A stretch of DNA of 64,000 nucleotides from the NCBI GenBank assembly GCA_030141605.1, contig JAQGDQ010002369.1, forward strand, positions 744,001 through 808,000, written 5' to 3'. Within the stretch, counting starts at the first letter, position 1. The number at the start of each line of letters is the position of its first letter. The stretch comes from Tubiluchus corallicola (taxonomy: Eukaryota; Animalia; Priapulida). Below are positions 31,598 through 41,118 of the stretch, one piece after another. The notes beneath the pieces were generated by a model. That model did not search any database. It saw only the letters and a program-made list of their open reading frames with translations, and was not told the origin of the DNA. The translations under genes were made by a program, and so were the position numbers.

Positions 31598-32197
31598 ATG
31601 AAAGACGCACTTTTAACCATTTTACGCTCAAAGGATACCGACCCGGCAGCCTTCCGGAAAGCGACCCATACGCTCAGCGATCTCATCGCGGCCGAGATTG
31701 CCTCAGAGGCTGAGGAGGCCCCTCAGGAGGGTTCTCACCACGAACGGAAAGGTAGAAGGATCGAAGCTTTTAAGGCCTCCCATTCTGATTCCTATTCTTC
31801 GGGCAGGAATGGCGCTTCTCCCCTCTTTTCTTCACTTTTTCGATACGGCAAAGGTCGGATTTATAGGGATTCGGCGGGATAAAGAGGCTAAACCGATCAT
31901 TTATTATACTCATCTTCCCAAAATAACATCTGAAGATCACATTCTGGTCCTCGACCCGATGATTGCGACTGCGGGAAGTACCTGGCGACGATCCGTCAAC
32001 TTATCGATGCTGGAGCCAAAGAGGAAAAGATAACCGTTGTTGCTATCTTGGCAGTCCCTGAAGGAATCGAAGCTCTTGAAGAGAAATACCCGAATGTCCT
32101 TTTGCATATCACCCAAGTCGATGAAGGGCTCAACGATATCAAGTACATCGTTCCGGGGCTCGGAGATTTCGGAGATATGTATTACAATACAGTCTAG
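31598..32197 (+). CDS. upp: Uracil phosphoribosyltransferase, two frameshifts
   Basis: LTILR, PILRAG, VLDPMIATAGS and YIVPGLGDFGD across three frames. Confidence 0.9.
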
Positions 32198-32688
32198 AGC
32201 TGGCGGGGAAGAGCCTTGTTTCTGTATTTTGGTTTGCTTTTCTTCATCAGTCCCTTTTGATTCAGAATCCTGTCGGGAAGGACCATGGTACGAAAAGCAT
32301 ACAGATCCCTTTTCAGCTTCATGACCATTTGAATATCGACGGCATGCTTGATCTGATAGGAAATGACGAGCATGTTGTGTACGAGCTTCAATTTTTCATC
32401 GACATCGGGATCTTTTGGTGAAATCCTCTCCTGCAAAAAATATCCAGACAAGATGCTAGCAACATCATCTGCATAATGGGCTTTGTCCATGATCTGCAGA
32501 ACCAGCTGATTTCTCATCTGGTTGGTCTGTGCTGGATTCATGCTGATTTCCTTGACGATCTGCTCAAGGGACATCAGATCTTCGTCAAGGTGACAAAAGA
32601 CATCGATGTCTTTTTTCTGCGTCAGATCATCACATCCGCAAAAGAGCGATGAAGCTGAAATAAGAGCGACAATAAAGAGTATCTTCAT
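32194..32688 (-). CDS. Ni-superoxide dismutase (SodN)-like protein lacking the Ni-hook
   Basis: NQLV....K..A.......YFL.ER..P....KL...H..L......K resembles the SodN helical bundle; no HCxxPCGxY motif. Confidence 0.55.
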   Translation of the reverse strand: MKILFIVALISASSLFCGCDDLTQKKDIDVFCHLDEDLMSLEQIVKEISMNPAQTNQMRNQLVLQIMDKAHYADDVASILSGYFLQERISPKDPDVDEKLKLVHNMLVISYQIKHAVDIQMVMKLKRDLYAFRTMVLPDRILNQKGLMKKSKPKYRNKALPRQL

Positions 32689-32719
32689 GTTTTCTGAGAT
32701 ACAAGGCCTTCAAATAATA

Positions 32720-33556
32720 TTAAAGCCTTTTTACAGCTTCAACTTTCATTCGTTGAACCTGAAAAGTAATTTCCTTTCGGTCAATCTCTCCCATTTTCTC
32801 TTGATAAAGCCTAGTAACTTCGCTCAGAAAATCTTCTTTTCTTTCTTTAGGAATAGGAGTCAGATAGGGAAACCATTGGCTCAAAGATTCTTTAAAAGCC
32901 TTCTGGGATGGAAACTCATGAAGAATTACTTCTACATCAATGGCTACCGGATCTAGAAAGGCATCTTTTAGTAGTTCTTGGTATTCATCTTTTTCGAAGA
33001 ATCTCCATCCCGACGAGAACCCCTTAAAATATCCACTCCATTTCCCTTTTGCCATCACAGTTTTGACTGCCTCTTGCATTTCTCTTGGAAGTCCCATAGG
33101 GATATCAATGATCATTCTCCCCTTTTTTTTCAGAGATTGGTAGATTCCCTGAAGGGCGGTTTCCTGATTCGGAATCCACTGCAAAGTTGTAAATGAAACG
33201 ACATAGTCGAATGACTCTTTGAAGGGAAGGTTCGTTGCATCCTGCACTTCAAAAAACAGATTTTCACTCTCATATTGCTTCTTCGCAAATTCGATCATTG
33301 AAGGAGAAATATCTACTCCTACGACCAAGCCTGCTTTCTCAGCGATCGAAGCTGAAATTTTCCCATCCCCACATCCTATGTCCAAAACGGTCTCCCATCC
33401 TTCCCAGATAATATGGGAAAGAACATGATCGACTGCAGCATGAAGTTGTTCCTGGGAGTGGTCATGATAGTCCTTTCCATCCCAATGAGTCTTCTTATGG
33501 TCTACTTTCGCAAAAAGACTTCCCAAAACAAAGAATGAAGTCAAAAATTTATCCAT
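32720..33556 (-). CDS. Class I SAM-dependent methyltransferase (Tam-like)
   Basis: VLDIGCGDG, GVD.SP.MI and FD.V.SF.TLQW motifs. Confidence 0.88.
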   Translation of the reverse strand: MDKFLTSFFVLGSLFAKVDHKKTHWDGKDYHDHSQEQLHAAVDHVLSHIIWEGWETVLDIGCGDGKISASIAEKAGLVVGVDISPSMIEFAKKQYESENLFFEVQDATNLPFKESFDYVVSFTTLQWIPNQETALQGIYQSLKKKGRMIIDIPMGLPREMQEAVKTVMAKGKWSGYFKGFSSGWRFFEKDEYQELLKDAFLDPVAIDVEVILHEFPSQKAFKESLSQWFPYLTPIPKERKEDFLSEVTRLYQEKMGEIDRKEITFQVQRMKVEAVKRL

Positions 33557-33658
33557 CGTCTACCTCGAAGTCTTTGAAAGAATGTACTTATTCGCAATTT
33601 TTTGACAAACGTTCGTTTCCACAAAATTTCTCTTTCAGTATAATAATGGCCTTTCTGT

Positions 33659-33740
33659 GCCCAGGTGGTGAAATTGGTAGACACGCTAGATTTAGGATCT
33701 AGTGCTGCAAGGCGTGGGGGTTCGAGTCCCTTCCTGGGCA
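33659..33740 (+). tRNA. tRNA-Leu (TAG)
   Basis: gcccagg/cctgggc stem, ctaga-tttagga-tctag anticodon arm, long variable arm and GTTCGAGTCC. Confidence 0.95.
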
Positions 33741-33847
33741 ATTTGAGAAGGTTTGAGGGGAAGCTTCTGCGTTACTTTTCCTCGTGAATACATTCGTATG
33801 CATTTCGGGAAAGACCTTTGAATCTTCCAACTCAAACCCTCTCAAAT
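33741..33847. repeat. Palindromic element 1 after tRNA-Leu(TAG)
   Basis: Terminal IR atttgagaaggtttgag/ctcaaaccctctcaaat with nested stems. Confidence 0.7.
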
Positions 33848-33865
33848 CTTATCATCAAGTTTTTT

Positions 33866-33949
33866 GCCCAGGTGGTGGAATTGGTAGACACGCCAGATTC
33901 AGGTTCTGGTTTCCCTTGGGATGTGTAGGTTCGAGTCCTATTCTGGGCA
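33866..33949 (+). tRNA. tRNA-Leu (CAG)
   Basis: gcccagg/tctgggc stem, ccaga-ttcaggt-tctgg anticodon arm and GTTCGAGTCC. Confidence 0.95.
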
Positions 33950-34045
33950 ATTAAAGAAAGTTTTGATGAAATATTCGGCGTTTCTCTTTCTCACGAATGC
34001 GTTCGTATGCGCCTCAAAAGAGACCTTGAATCTTCAGTTTCTAAT
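33950..34045. repeat. Palindromic element 2 after tRNA-Leu(CAG), related to element 1
   Basis: Shares the core gcgtt..tc..gaat.c.ttcgtatgc..gacct(t)tgaatcttc. Confidence 0.6.
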
Positions 34046-34337
34046 CCTCGGTGATTGCCCTGATCGAGCAGGGAGCAGATTGCAATTTGAAAACAAGGCC
34101 TCATTATTGGTCTGAGACGGAAAATTGGGATGATAGAGATTGGTCGGCTTGGGCCAGTGTGTTGGACTGAAGTCTCCCCGGTCAGGTTATCTCGCTCCTG
34201 TGGCAACTCCATTTGCCATTGTGCAACGCTTGCATCCTGGCTCAGATTCCTTGAAAAAATACTTGCAAGAGGAGGGTGGTAACGTGAAGTCTGTTATCCA
34301 GGAATCAGAGTGGGTACATCCCAGAGAAGCTATCTAA

Positions 34338-34808
34338 CTAGATGATGTAAACAGTGTGCTTGAAGCCTTTGTAGACGATCTCTTTCTCAGGCTTCAGACC
34401 CTTTCGTTCGGCAACACGTTGGGAAGGTTTGTTCTCGAGACGAACGAGGGAGATGAGGCGTTTAAAGCCTTTGGCTTTTAGGTACTCTTCTACAGCTTTG
34501 GCAGCCTCAGTAGCAAGACCTTGATGCCAGAATTTCCGGACAAAGAGATAGCCGATCTCAAATTCCTCCTGCCCATCGATGTCGGGATGAAAGTGAAGGC
34601 CGCAGATGTCTACGAACTCCCCTGTTTCCTTGAGATGGCAGGCCCACATTCCTGCGTCGTATTTTTGGTAGTTGGTCTGGGCTCTTTCAATCCAGGCTTT
34701 GGCATCTTCTTCGTTGTACATGCGGGGATAATATTGCATGGCAACAGGATCAGAGAAGATCAGCATGAGGTTGCCGATATCTTCATGAGTGAGTTTGCGG
34801 AGAGTCAT
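34338..34808 (-). CDS. GNAT N-acetyltransferase (RimJ/RimL-like)
   Basis: EIGY....W.QGLATEAA and N..S.RVAER.G motifs; true start probably slightly upstream. Confidence 0.88.
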   Translation of the reverse strand: MTLRKLTHEDIGNLMLIFSDPVAMQYYPRMYNEEDAKAWIERAQTNYQKYDAGMWACHLKETGEFVDICGLHFHPDIDGQEEFEIGYLFVRKFWHQGLATEAAKAVEEYLKAKGFKRLISLVRLENKPSQRVAERKGLKPEKEIVYKGFKHTVYII

Positions 34809-34883
34809 CCGCTCTGTTTCAAAGACAGTGTCTGTCGTAATGGGAAGGATTTTATGGTTTGATTCCGTTTCTTTTCAATGGAA

Positions 34884-35111
34884 TCATTTCCTGGCGATCC
34901 AGATCACAAGATTGATGATGATTGTGAGAATAATACTGATGACAATTGAGGTGACGATGGGAAAATAGAGAGAAAAGCGCTCTTTTTTGATCGCAATGTC
35001 TCCGGGCAGTTTTCCCACCGGTATCCCTATTTTGGCTCCTCCCCAAAGGATGAGTCCCACGACGGCGACTGCGAGCCCCATAAAAATAAGCCATTTTCCC
35101 ACGTAAGTCAT
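34884..35111 (-). CDS. DUF2905 family membrane protein
   Basis: G.LPGDI.I......YFPI.TSI.IS motif. Confidence 0.85.
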   Translation of the reverse strand: MTYVGKWLIFMGLAVAVVGLILWGGAKIGIPVGKLPGDIAIKKERFSLYFPIVTSIVISIILTIIINLVIWIARK

Positions 35112-35980
35112 TTTGCTGCTGCCTTTTTGTTCCCTGATAGAAGGATGACTAAAGAACCTCCAATGATGACCAGGATTACTCCAATCAAAGTTAGAATAGT
35201 AGGTGCTTGATGCCAAAAGATCCACTCAAAAAGCCCTGCGAAAATAACGGATGTATATTGGAAAGCTCCTACATCATGTGCTTCAGCGCATTGATAGGCT
35301 TTCACGATGAATATTTGAGTGAGGACAAAGCTAACTCCTGCCAGAGATCCGAAAATCCATGTTCTTATGGGAGGCGCCTCGGCGCGAAGAAAAGAAAGGG
35401 AATCATCAATAGGGCGCCGAAGAGGAAAAAATAAAAAATGATCCGATTGCCAGGCTCTGTCGTGGTAAGAAGCTTGATCTGAATGAATGCGAGAGCAAGA
35501 AAAAAGCCTGATGCGAGTCCCAGAAGTCCCCTACTTCTTTGAAGATGTCACATCGGTCGGTTTCAGAATCAGAACCACTCCTATAAAGCCAACGACAACA
35601 GAGAGCCAGATCTTCCAGCTCACTTTGGACTTTAGGAAGAAGATTGAAAGGAGAGGGATGAATAGAGGGGTCGTATTGAAGAGAAGTGTTGCATCCAACA
35701 AGGGAATCGAATGCATGGCCCATATGTATAAAAGAGTCGCCGCTACACCAAAAAATCCACGAAAAAAGTGACGTATGATTCGTTTTGTTTTTAAGAAAGA
35801 GGGCTTTTTCCACATGTAGAATGCGTGGAGAATAAAAGCAGAAAGATAGGCGATGAAGGTGACCCAAATTTTTGAACCACTTTCGCCCGCTACTTTCAGC
35901 AAAATACCAAAGACCGCAATGAAGAAAAAGGCGATGATCATGAAGATCGAGCCTTTGACTAGATTATGCTTTGGAGCCAT
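35108..35980 (-). CDS. DMT/EamA family transporter, multiply frameshifted
   Basis: H..RG..G, P...AT.L..T.PLF, GF.GV.LIL.P and Y..VIFA motifs. Confidence 0.82.
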
Positions 35981-36070
35981 TGATACATCTCTAGTTCAAA
36001 ATGACTTCAAAGGGATTTCTTGACAATCTCTAAGAGCTTTTATATGGGAAGGAAAAGAAGAGGTCTATTT

Positions 36071-36529
36071 ATGGAAGAGAAGTCTTACAAGGGAATCAAG
36101 GGATGGATGGTCGTATTGATCATCAATCTGATCCTATTTGGATTTGTGTATATCAATGGAATCACCAATCTCATACTTTCCAATTATGCTCCAGTAAGAG
36201 ATTGGGGATATGCCGGATACTTGCTCGATGCTGGAAAATGGTTCAGCCTGATCAGTGAGGTTGTCTTGCTTCTGGTTCTTCTGTGCCTCTTTTTCCTGAT
36301 CGCTTACAAAAAGGCTCTTTTCAAGCCTTGGTGCATCATCTTTTTCATCCTTATTTTTTGTTTCAAACTCATTCTAAGCATCATGATTTTTCAGGTATCC
36401 CCTGGCTCCCCCGTTCTGGGTTTTGCTGCAGTCGATCGCCTATGTGGTCAATACGGGTGTGCTGGCTTTGTTATGTGGATTGCGTATTTGATTCGATCGA
36501 AGAGAGTGGCCCAAACATTTACTAAGTAA
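36071..36529 (+). CDS. DUF2569-like membrane protein
   Basis: N-terminal GI.GW and C-terminal W..Y...SKRV..TF motifs. Confidence 0.7.
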   Translation: MEEKSYKGIKGWMVVLIINLILFGFVYINGITNLILSNYAPVRDWGYAGYLLDAGKWFSLISEVVLLLVLLCLFFLIAYKKALFKPWCIIFFILIFCFKLILSIMIFQVSPGSPVLGFAAVDRLCGQYGCAGFVMWIAYLIRSKRVAQTFTK

Positions 36530-36986
36530 GTTTCGAGAAGGACTCTAGAGTCTTTTTCATCTTCTCGGTATGGGATCCTTCCCAGTAAATCCTGTTACAG
36601 TCAGGACAAATCCAAAACTGGGTGGTTGATTTTTTGACTCCCTCGGGGATCTTGGCTGTGATTTTTTCCTTTTCGATCTCTTTGAGGAGTTGATTGCAGA
36701 CCAGACAGCGGCTAAAAGGATGCAATGTCCAATCGATCTCGAGCTTTTGGTTCAATTCCCTTACGCAGTGATCTATGGAAGAATTCGTGGTAAGGTGGAT
36801 CACAAGGCCATTTTTCTTCATTTTAAGAAAATGCTTATCTTTCGTAAGAAGCCTTCGGTTTTCTTTTCTGGCGATCTCCATGATTTCACTGTCGGCGATT
36901 CCATTATCGACGATGAGAGTGTCATATCCGGCGCACCGGAGCCACCTTCCCAATTGGGCTAGCATTTGATCGCATATGAACTTCAT
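36522..36986 (-). CDS. Mut7-C RNase domain protein
   Basis: D.ML..L.RWLR..GYD, R.LLT.D, RC..CN and C..C.RIYW.GSH motifs. Confidence 0.9.
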   Translation of the reverse strand: MKFICDQMLAQLGRWLRCAGYDTLIVDNGIADSEIMEIARKENRRLLTKDKHFLKMKKNGLVIHLTTNSSIDHCVRELNQKLEIDWTLHPFSRCLVCNQLLKEIEKEKITAKIPEGVKKSTTQFWICPDCNRIYWEGSHTEKMKKTLESFSKLT

Positions 36987-37780
36987 GATCCCTGCAAAAA
37001 GGAAACAACTTTTTCAACAAACTGGGCTCCCGCTTCGACCTGGGGCAAATGTCCTCCGGGAAACACTTCGACTTGAGCTTTGGATATCTGAGAGGCCAGA
37101 TCCTGAGTCTGCTCTTTTGGCGTTGTGAAGTCTTGTTCCGATGCAATCACGAGAGTTGGAGATTGGATCTTTGCTAATAATTGTGAAACGTCTATTGACT
37201 TCAAAGCTTCCAATTGTCCCCTGAACCCATTCAAAGTAATCGGGTGGGGATTATTCTGAATAGAGTCGCGAATGTCGAGAATTCGATCAGGCTCCTCTTG
37301 AAGGAACTGTTCAGAAAAAAGCCAGGGGATGAATAAATCGAAGATCATATAGGGAGCGATTCCCTGCTCAAGAAGCCGGAATGCACCTTCGGCAAAATGA
37401 AAAAACCTTCGCCGTTCATGAGACGATGAGTTACTTACAATCAGTTTCTTCACTCTGTCAGGATGGGCAGCAGCGAGTTCGATCGCAACTACTCCTCCCA
37501 TTGAATGACCCAAGATATGAGCTTGAGAGAGTTTTAGGTAATCCATCAGTCCAAGAAGGTCATCTGCCATTACATCTGTGGTAAAAGGTTCCTCGGGAGC
37601 TGAACTTTGCCCGACGCCGCGAGAGTCGAAAGTAATGACTTGAAAGTGCTTTGCTAAAGAATCTTGAACGGCTGCCCATGAGAAATGATCAGCCGTAAAT
37701 CCACTGATGAGGATCAAAGGATCCCCGCTTCCATGAGTCTCATAATAGATTTCTATTGGTCCGACTTTTGCCTTGGGCAT
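36983..37780 (-). CDS. Alpha/beta fold hydrolase
   Basis: D.RG.G.S, GHSMGG nucleophile, catalytic D and GH. Confidence 0.92.
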   Translation of the reverse strand: MPKAKVGPIEIYYETHGSGDPLILISGFTADHFSWAAVQDSLAKHFQVITFDSRGVGQSSAPEEPFTTDVMADDLLGLMDYLKLSQAHILGHSMGGVVAIELAAAHPDRVKKLIVSNSSSHERRRFFHFAEGAFRLLEQGIAPYMIFDLFIPWLFSEQFLQEEPDRILDIRDSIQNNPHPITLNGFRGQLEALKSIDVSQLLAKIQSPTLVIASEQDFTTPKEQTQDLASQISKAQVEVFPGGHLPQVEAGAQFVEKVVSFLQGS

Positions 37781-37851
37781 AATTTTCTACCTCATTGCTC
37801 TATTTGAATTGAAGGCTATCTTTTCAACTGATGATTTGTCAAGGACCTGGA

Positions 37852-38232
37852 TTACTTGATCAGACTAAGAACATCTTCAGTTGCGCGCTTGGCTTGAGCG
37901 ATGAGTTGTTTTCCACTTTTATCATGAATGAGAGGGGCAGCTCCGTGTTTGACTAACTGCTCCAATGTTTTGATGTGGTGGTTCATTGCTTTTTTGAGAT
38001 TGGGCTCGAATCCCGGAGGATACTCCTCCATTAAATTGCAGAGATTCTTAGCATCGATTTCCAGGTCATTCAAGATCCCTTGTGCGCCGACCTCAGATTT
38101 ATCTACCCTGTGCGCCTCGAGTTCTTTCAAGGCCATAGGCAATGGACTCACATGTACATATACCTTATGGTGAAAATCAGGGGGGTGGCTGGGAACAAGT
38201 GGCTGCGTTGAATCGGATGGAGGCAATGCCAT
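37852..38232 (-). CDS. Hypothetical protein
   Basis: 126 aa with AAGGAG SD and Pro/Ser-rich N-terminus. Confidence 0.6.
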   Translation of the reverse strand: MALPPSDSTQPLVPSHPPDFHHKVYVHVSPLPMALKELEAHRVDKSEVGAQGILNDLEIDAKNLCNLMEEYPPGFEPNLKKAMNHHIKTLEQLVKHGAAPLIHDKSGKQLIAQAKRATEDVLSLIK

Positions 38233-38347
38233 ATTTATTCTCCTTTGAACCTATTCCAAGCTATACAATCGCTTGCAATCTAACACAACCTTTTTGATAA
38301 TTCCGGGTCTTAAAATGAACTGTAGAAGGTGAAATTGACGACACTCC

Positions 38348-38812
38348 TTAGAGAGAATTATAATTGAGAAAGGAAACGGCATTGATCTCATCATCGGAAG
38401 TGGGACGCTCGGCATAACACTGGATCAACAGGTATATCCCCGGTTTTTCCCGCGAGTCTACGGAAACGTCGCGAGTCTTCTTCTTTTTGAAGAGTTTTTC
38501 TTCATAATGTTCCCAGGGAAGAAGTTCTTTGGAGTGTTCTTGAAAATAAAGCTCTTTTTTAGAGATGTCCTTTTCTGTGAGGATCGTAAAATATTTATAA
38601 CCGTTCTCTACACAAACCTGAGAGGCACGATAGAGGGCGTATTTCATCACATCCTCAGGGTCTGTGAGCGTGTTGCCCCGAAAGGTGACAACGAACCTAT
38701 TCTCGCTAAGACGAAAATCGGAGTACCCGCCATCAGTATACCAGGTTTTGGCATGGTAATGGGTCGCGCAAGAAGAGAGGAGGAGAAAAGTTCCAAAAAA
38801 TATTTGCTTCAT
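38348..38812 (-). CDS. Lipoprotein (CC0125/CC1285-like)
   Basis: Lipobox LSSC; GY.D.......V.F.GN..T...AL.RA....G..YF pattern. Confidence 0.7.
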   Translation of the reverse strand: MKQIFFGTFLLLSSCATHYHAKTWYTDGGYSDFRLSENRFVVTFRGNTLTDPEDVMKYALYRASQVCVENGYKYFTILTEKDISKKELYFQEHSKELLPWEHYEEKLFKKKKTRDVSVDSREKPGIYLLIQCYAERPTSDDEINAVSFLNYNSL

Positions 38813-38957
38813 TTGAATGATTTTAATTTAAACTAGAGCTAGTATCATTGTGTTTTTTGTTTGTTTTCGTCAATTTTTATAAATTATAGTTTATAAAGTT
38901 TAATGCAATATTAACAGTCGTGCATTATATTGCGGGATCAATTAAATAAGGAAAATT

Positions 38958-40079
38958 GTGGTTACAGCTGTTTCAAATTCAAATTCTTTCTTCCCTGAAA
39001 GAGTAGAGCTTCAAAAATCTCTTCACACTCAAGATCAAAAGACACAGAGTGTGGCAAAAGTGATCTTTGATCAGTTCCGCAAGGTCTGGGCCTACGTGGG
39101 GAAACTGATCATTCTTTCCAAACAGGTTTTAAAGATCATTTTAAACAGCTGCAAGACTTGCGCCAGTAAGATCAAACCAGCATTGGTCCGCATGAAGATC
39201 TTCTCCTTTGCAACGCTTCCTCTCAATGCAGAAAAAGCGGTAAAGGAAGGAGCGAAGGTAGGCAAGTCTGCAAAACTTCAGGATTATGAAGGGGCAGCTC
39301 TTTCTTCATTATCCATTGCCCTGCTAGCAGGTGATGCTGTCGATTCGGCAGTAACATTTACAGAAGGGGTACTTGAACTTGCCTCTTTGCCTGCTGTTGA
39401 GTGGATGGGCAAAGTAGGGCTTCCTCTGGCTTTCGCACTTTCCACCTTAGGAATTTTTACCCGAAGTTATGGGATCTGGAAAATTCAAGGCTTCCAAAGA
39501 GGTTTCGACACCGATCCTCTCCTACAACACCCCTATAAGGAAGAAAACCATACCTTGATAGAAAAAACTCTTCGCCAAAAATTGGAAAAGCATCTTGGGA
39601 TTACACCTGAAGAGATGAAAAAGATCGAAGAGATGTCCCTGAAAGAAAAGAATCCTCTTGAAGCCCAGGTTCGGGCGATGAAGAGGCTCGAGATGAGAAA
39701 GGAAAACGCATTGGGAAGGGTCACCTCTTCAAAAGTCGCAGAACAGATGAAAGAACTGAAACAAATCCTGGGTGCGAAACCCTTGACTTCGTCTCAGGCG
39801 AAATCTGCCTTGGATCTGGCATCGAATATTCGGACGACGAGCTTCCGGAGTACCATGATCAAAGTAGCTGGAATTGCAGCCAATGTGATCACCCTTGTCG
39901 GTCTGACCCTATTCTTCTTTACTGTAGCTCCGTATGTGCCATTCATCTTCCTTGCTATTGCGATGGTTGTTCGAATTGGAATATTGATCTACGAAGAGTC
40001 CTACAAAGAAAAAGGACTTTTGGAGGTCAACTTCGCTCCAAAAGCCCCTGTTAGTGTAGAAATGCAGAAATTGGCCTAA
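38958..40079 (+). CDS. Hypothetical membrane protein, candidate Inc/type III substrate
   Basis: Ser/Asn-rich N-terminus, internal hydrophobic hairpin and C-terminal bilobed hydrophobic domain. Confidence 0.65.
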   Translation: MVTAVSNSNSFFPERVELQKSLHTQDQKTQSVAKVIFDQFRKVWAYVGKLIILSKQVLKIILNSCKTCASKIKPALVRMKIFSFATLPLNAEKAVKEGAKVGKSAKLQDYEGAALSSLSIALLAGDAVDSAVTFTEGVLELASLPAVEWMGKVGLPLAFALSTLGIFTRSYGIWKIQGFQRGFDTDPLLQHPYKEENHTLIEKTLRQKLEKHLGITPEEMKKIEEMSLKEKNPLEAQVRAMKRLEMRKENALGRVTSSKVAEQMKELKQILGAKPLTSSQAKSALDLASNIRTTSFRSTMIKVAGIAANVITLVGLTLFFFTVAPYVPFIFLAIAMVVRIGILIYEESYKEKGLLEVNFAPKAPVSVEMQKLA

Positions 40080-40083
40080 GCCA

Positions 40084-40920
40084 TCACTGTTGCATTTGTT
40101 CCATAAACTTGGTCATCGTCTCATTCCTCTTCTTGAGATAGTCGGCCATGATTGAAGAGACTCTTTCTTCTACCTGATTTTCAGGGCTAATTGTTTTATT
40201 CGCCAGCTCACTAAGATACTCTTCATCATGCATCGTCCTATTTTTAATGATTTCATTGTCATACGACTCAGAAAGTGCTGAGGACATTGGATGGCCCGGG
40301 AATTCTTTAAGAATTCCTTTTACTTTTTCAATTCTTTCCAGGGTAAGGGCCATCATGTATTGCTTCAATTGATCCTGGCGCATGCCCTGCTCCACCATTA
40401 GTTGTGGAAGGAGCGAATTTTTGAGCATATGTTTCATCATTTCCTGCCAAATGCGGACAGCCATAGGATCGTCTGTCCAAAGGAATACCTGCAGATCATC
40501 AACAGCCTCGGAGAACATACTGACTCTCTCCTGAATGATTTTGGAGACCAATAGATCCGGATGGTCTTTTGTAGCAGAGTGAAGACGTTTGTTTGTTCTC
40601 TCGTCCAGTTTTGCAAGAGCTTTCTGCATTTCTGCACTCACCTGCTTAAACGTTGAGTTTTCACTATTTTTCCAGGCTTCGGCTGCCTGTTCCCATGCTT
40701 TGAGATGGGCATCAAATCTGCCTTCTGCCATTCCTTCTTGGTATTCCCAGTCCAAATCCCCGAGAAACCGGTTGTATGAACCGTTTTGGTACTCTTCGCA
40801 GATTTCCTGAATCCACTGAGAACCTATTATCCACTCTGAAGCCTCACCTGAAGATGGTTCATCAGCTTTTAAGGAAAGTGCGCTGATAACCATTGTGGAG
40901 ATGAACAACCATTTTTTCAT
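40084..40920 (-). CDS. Secreted helical hypothetical protein (paralog A)
   Basis: Signal peptide; highly similar to 41119-41964. Confidence 0.75.
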   Translation of the reverse strand: MKKWLFISTMVISALSLKADEPSSGEASEWIIGSQWIQEICEEYQNGSYNRFLGDLDWEYQEGMAEGRFDAHLKAWEQAAEAWKNSENSTFKQVSAEMQKALAKLDERTNKRLHSATKDHPDLLVSKIIQERVSMFSEAVDDLQVFLWTDDPMAVRIWQEMMKHMLKNSLLPQLMVEQGMRQDQLKQYMMALTLERIEKVKGILKEFPGHPMSSALSESYDNEIIKNRTMHDEEYLSELANKTISPENQVEERVSSIMADYLKKRNETMTKFMEQMQQ

Positions 40921-40984
40921 AATACCCTCACTTTTATACAAAATTAGAGGGCAATGGTATGGATAGGGAAAATAAATATCGAAT

Positions 40985-41018
40985 AGAAAACGGACTTTTG
41001 GACGAATTCCAAAAGTCC
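40985..41018 (-). terminator. Intrinsic terminator between the paralogs
   Basis: Stem ggacttttgga/tccaaaagtcc with an A-rich left flank. Confidence 0.6.
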
Positions 41019-41118
41019 TTATGAATTTAGAGGAATTTTCCGATGAATGAATCGGCAGCTGGAGTAAACTGTGTACAAGTCATGGCAAAAGCAAACAATA
41101 CGATTTTTAACAGAACCA

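Noticed and set aside
33541-34115. Short ORFs 33541-33741 (-) and 33921-34115 (+)
   Set aside because: They are translations of tRNA and palindrome sequence.
34050-34337. Possible gene remnant after the tRNAs
   Set aside because: Only short ORFs with no recognisable motif or SD; cannot be supported.
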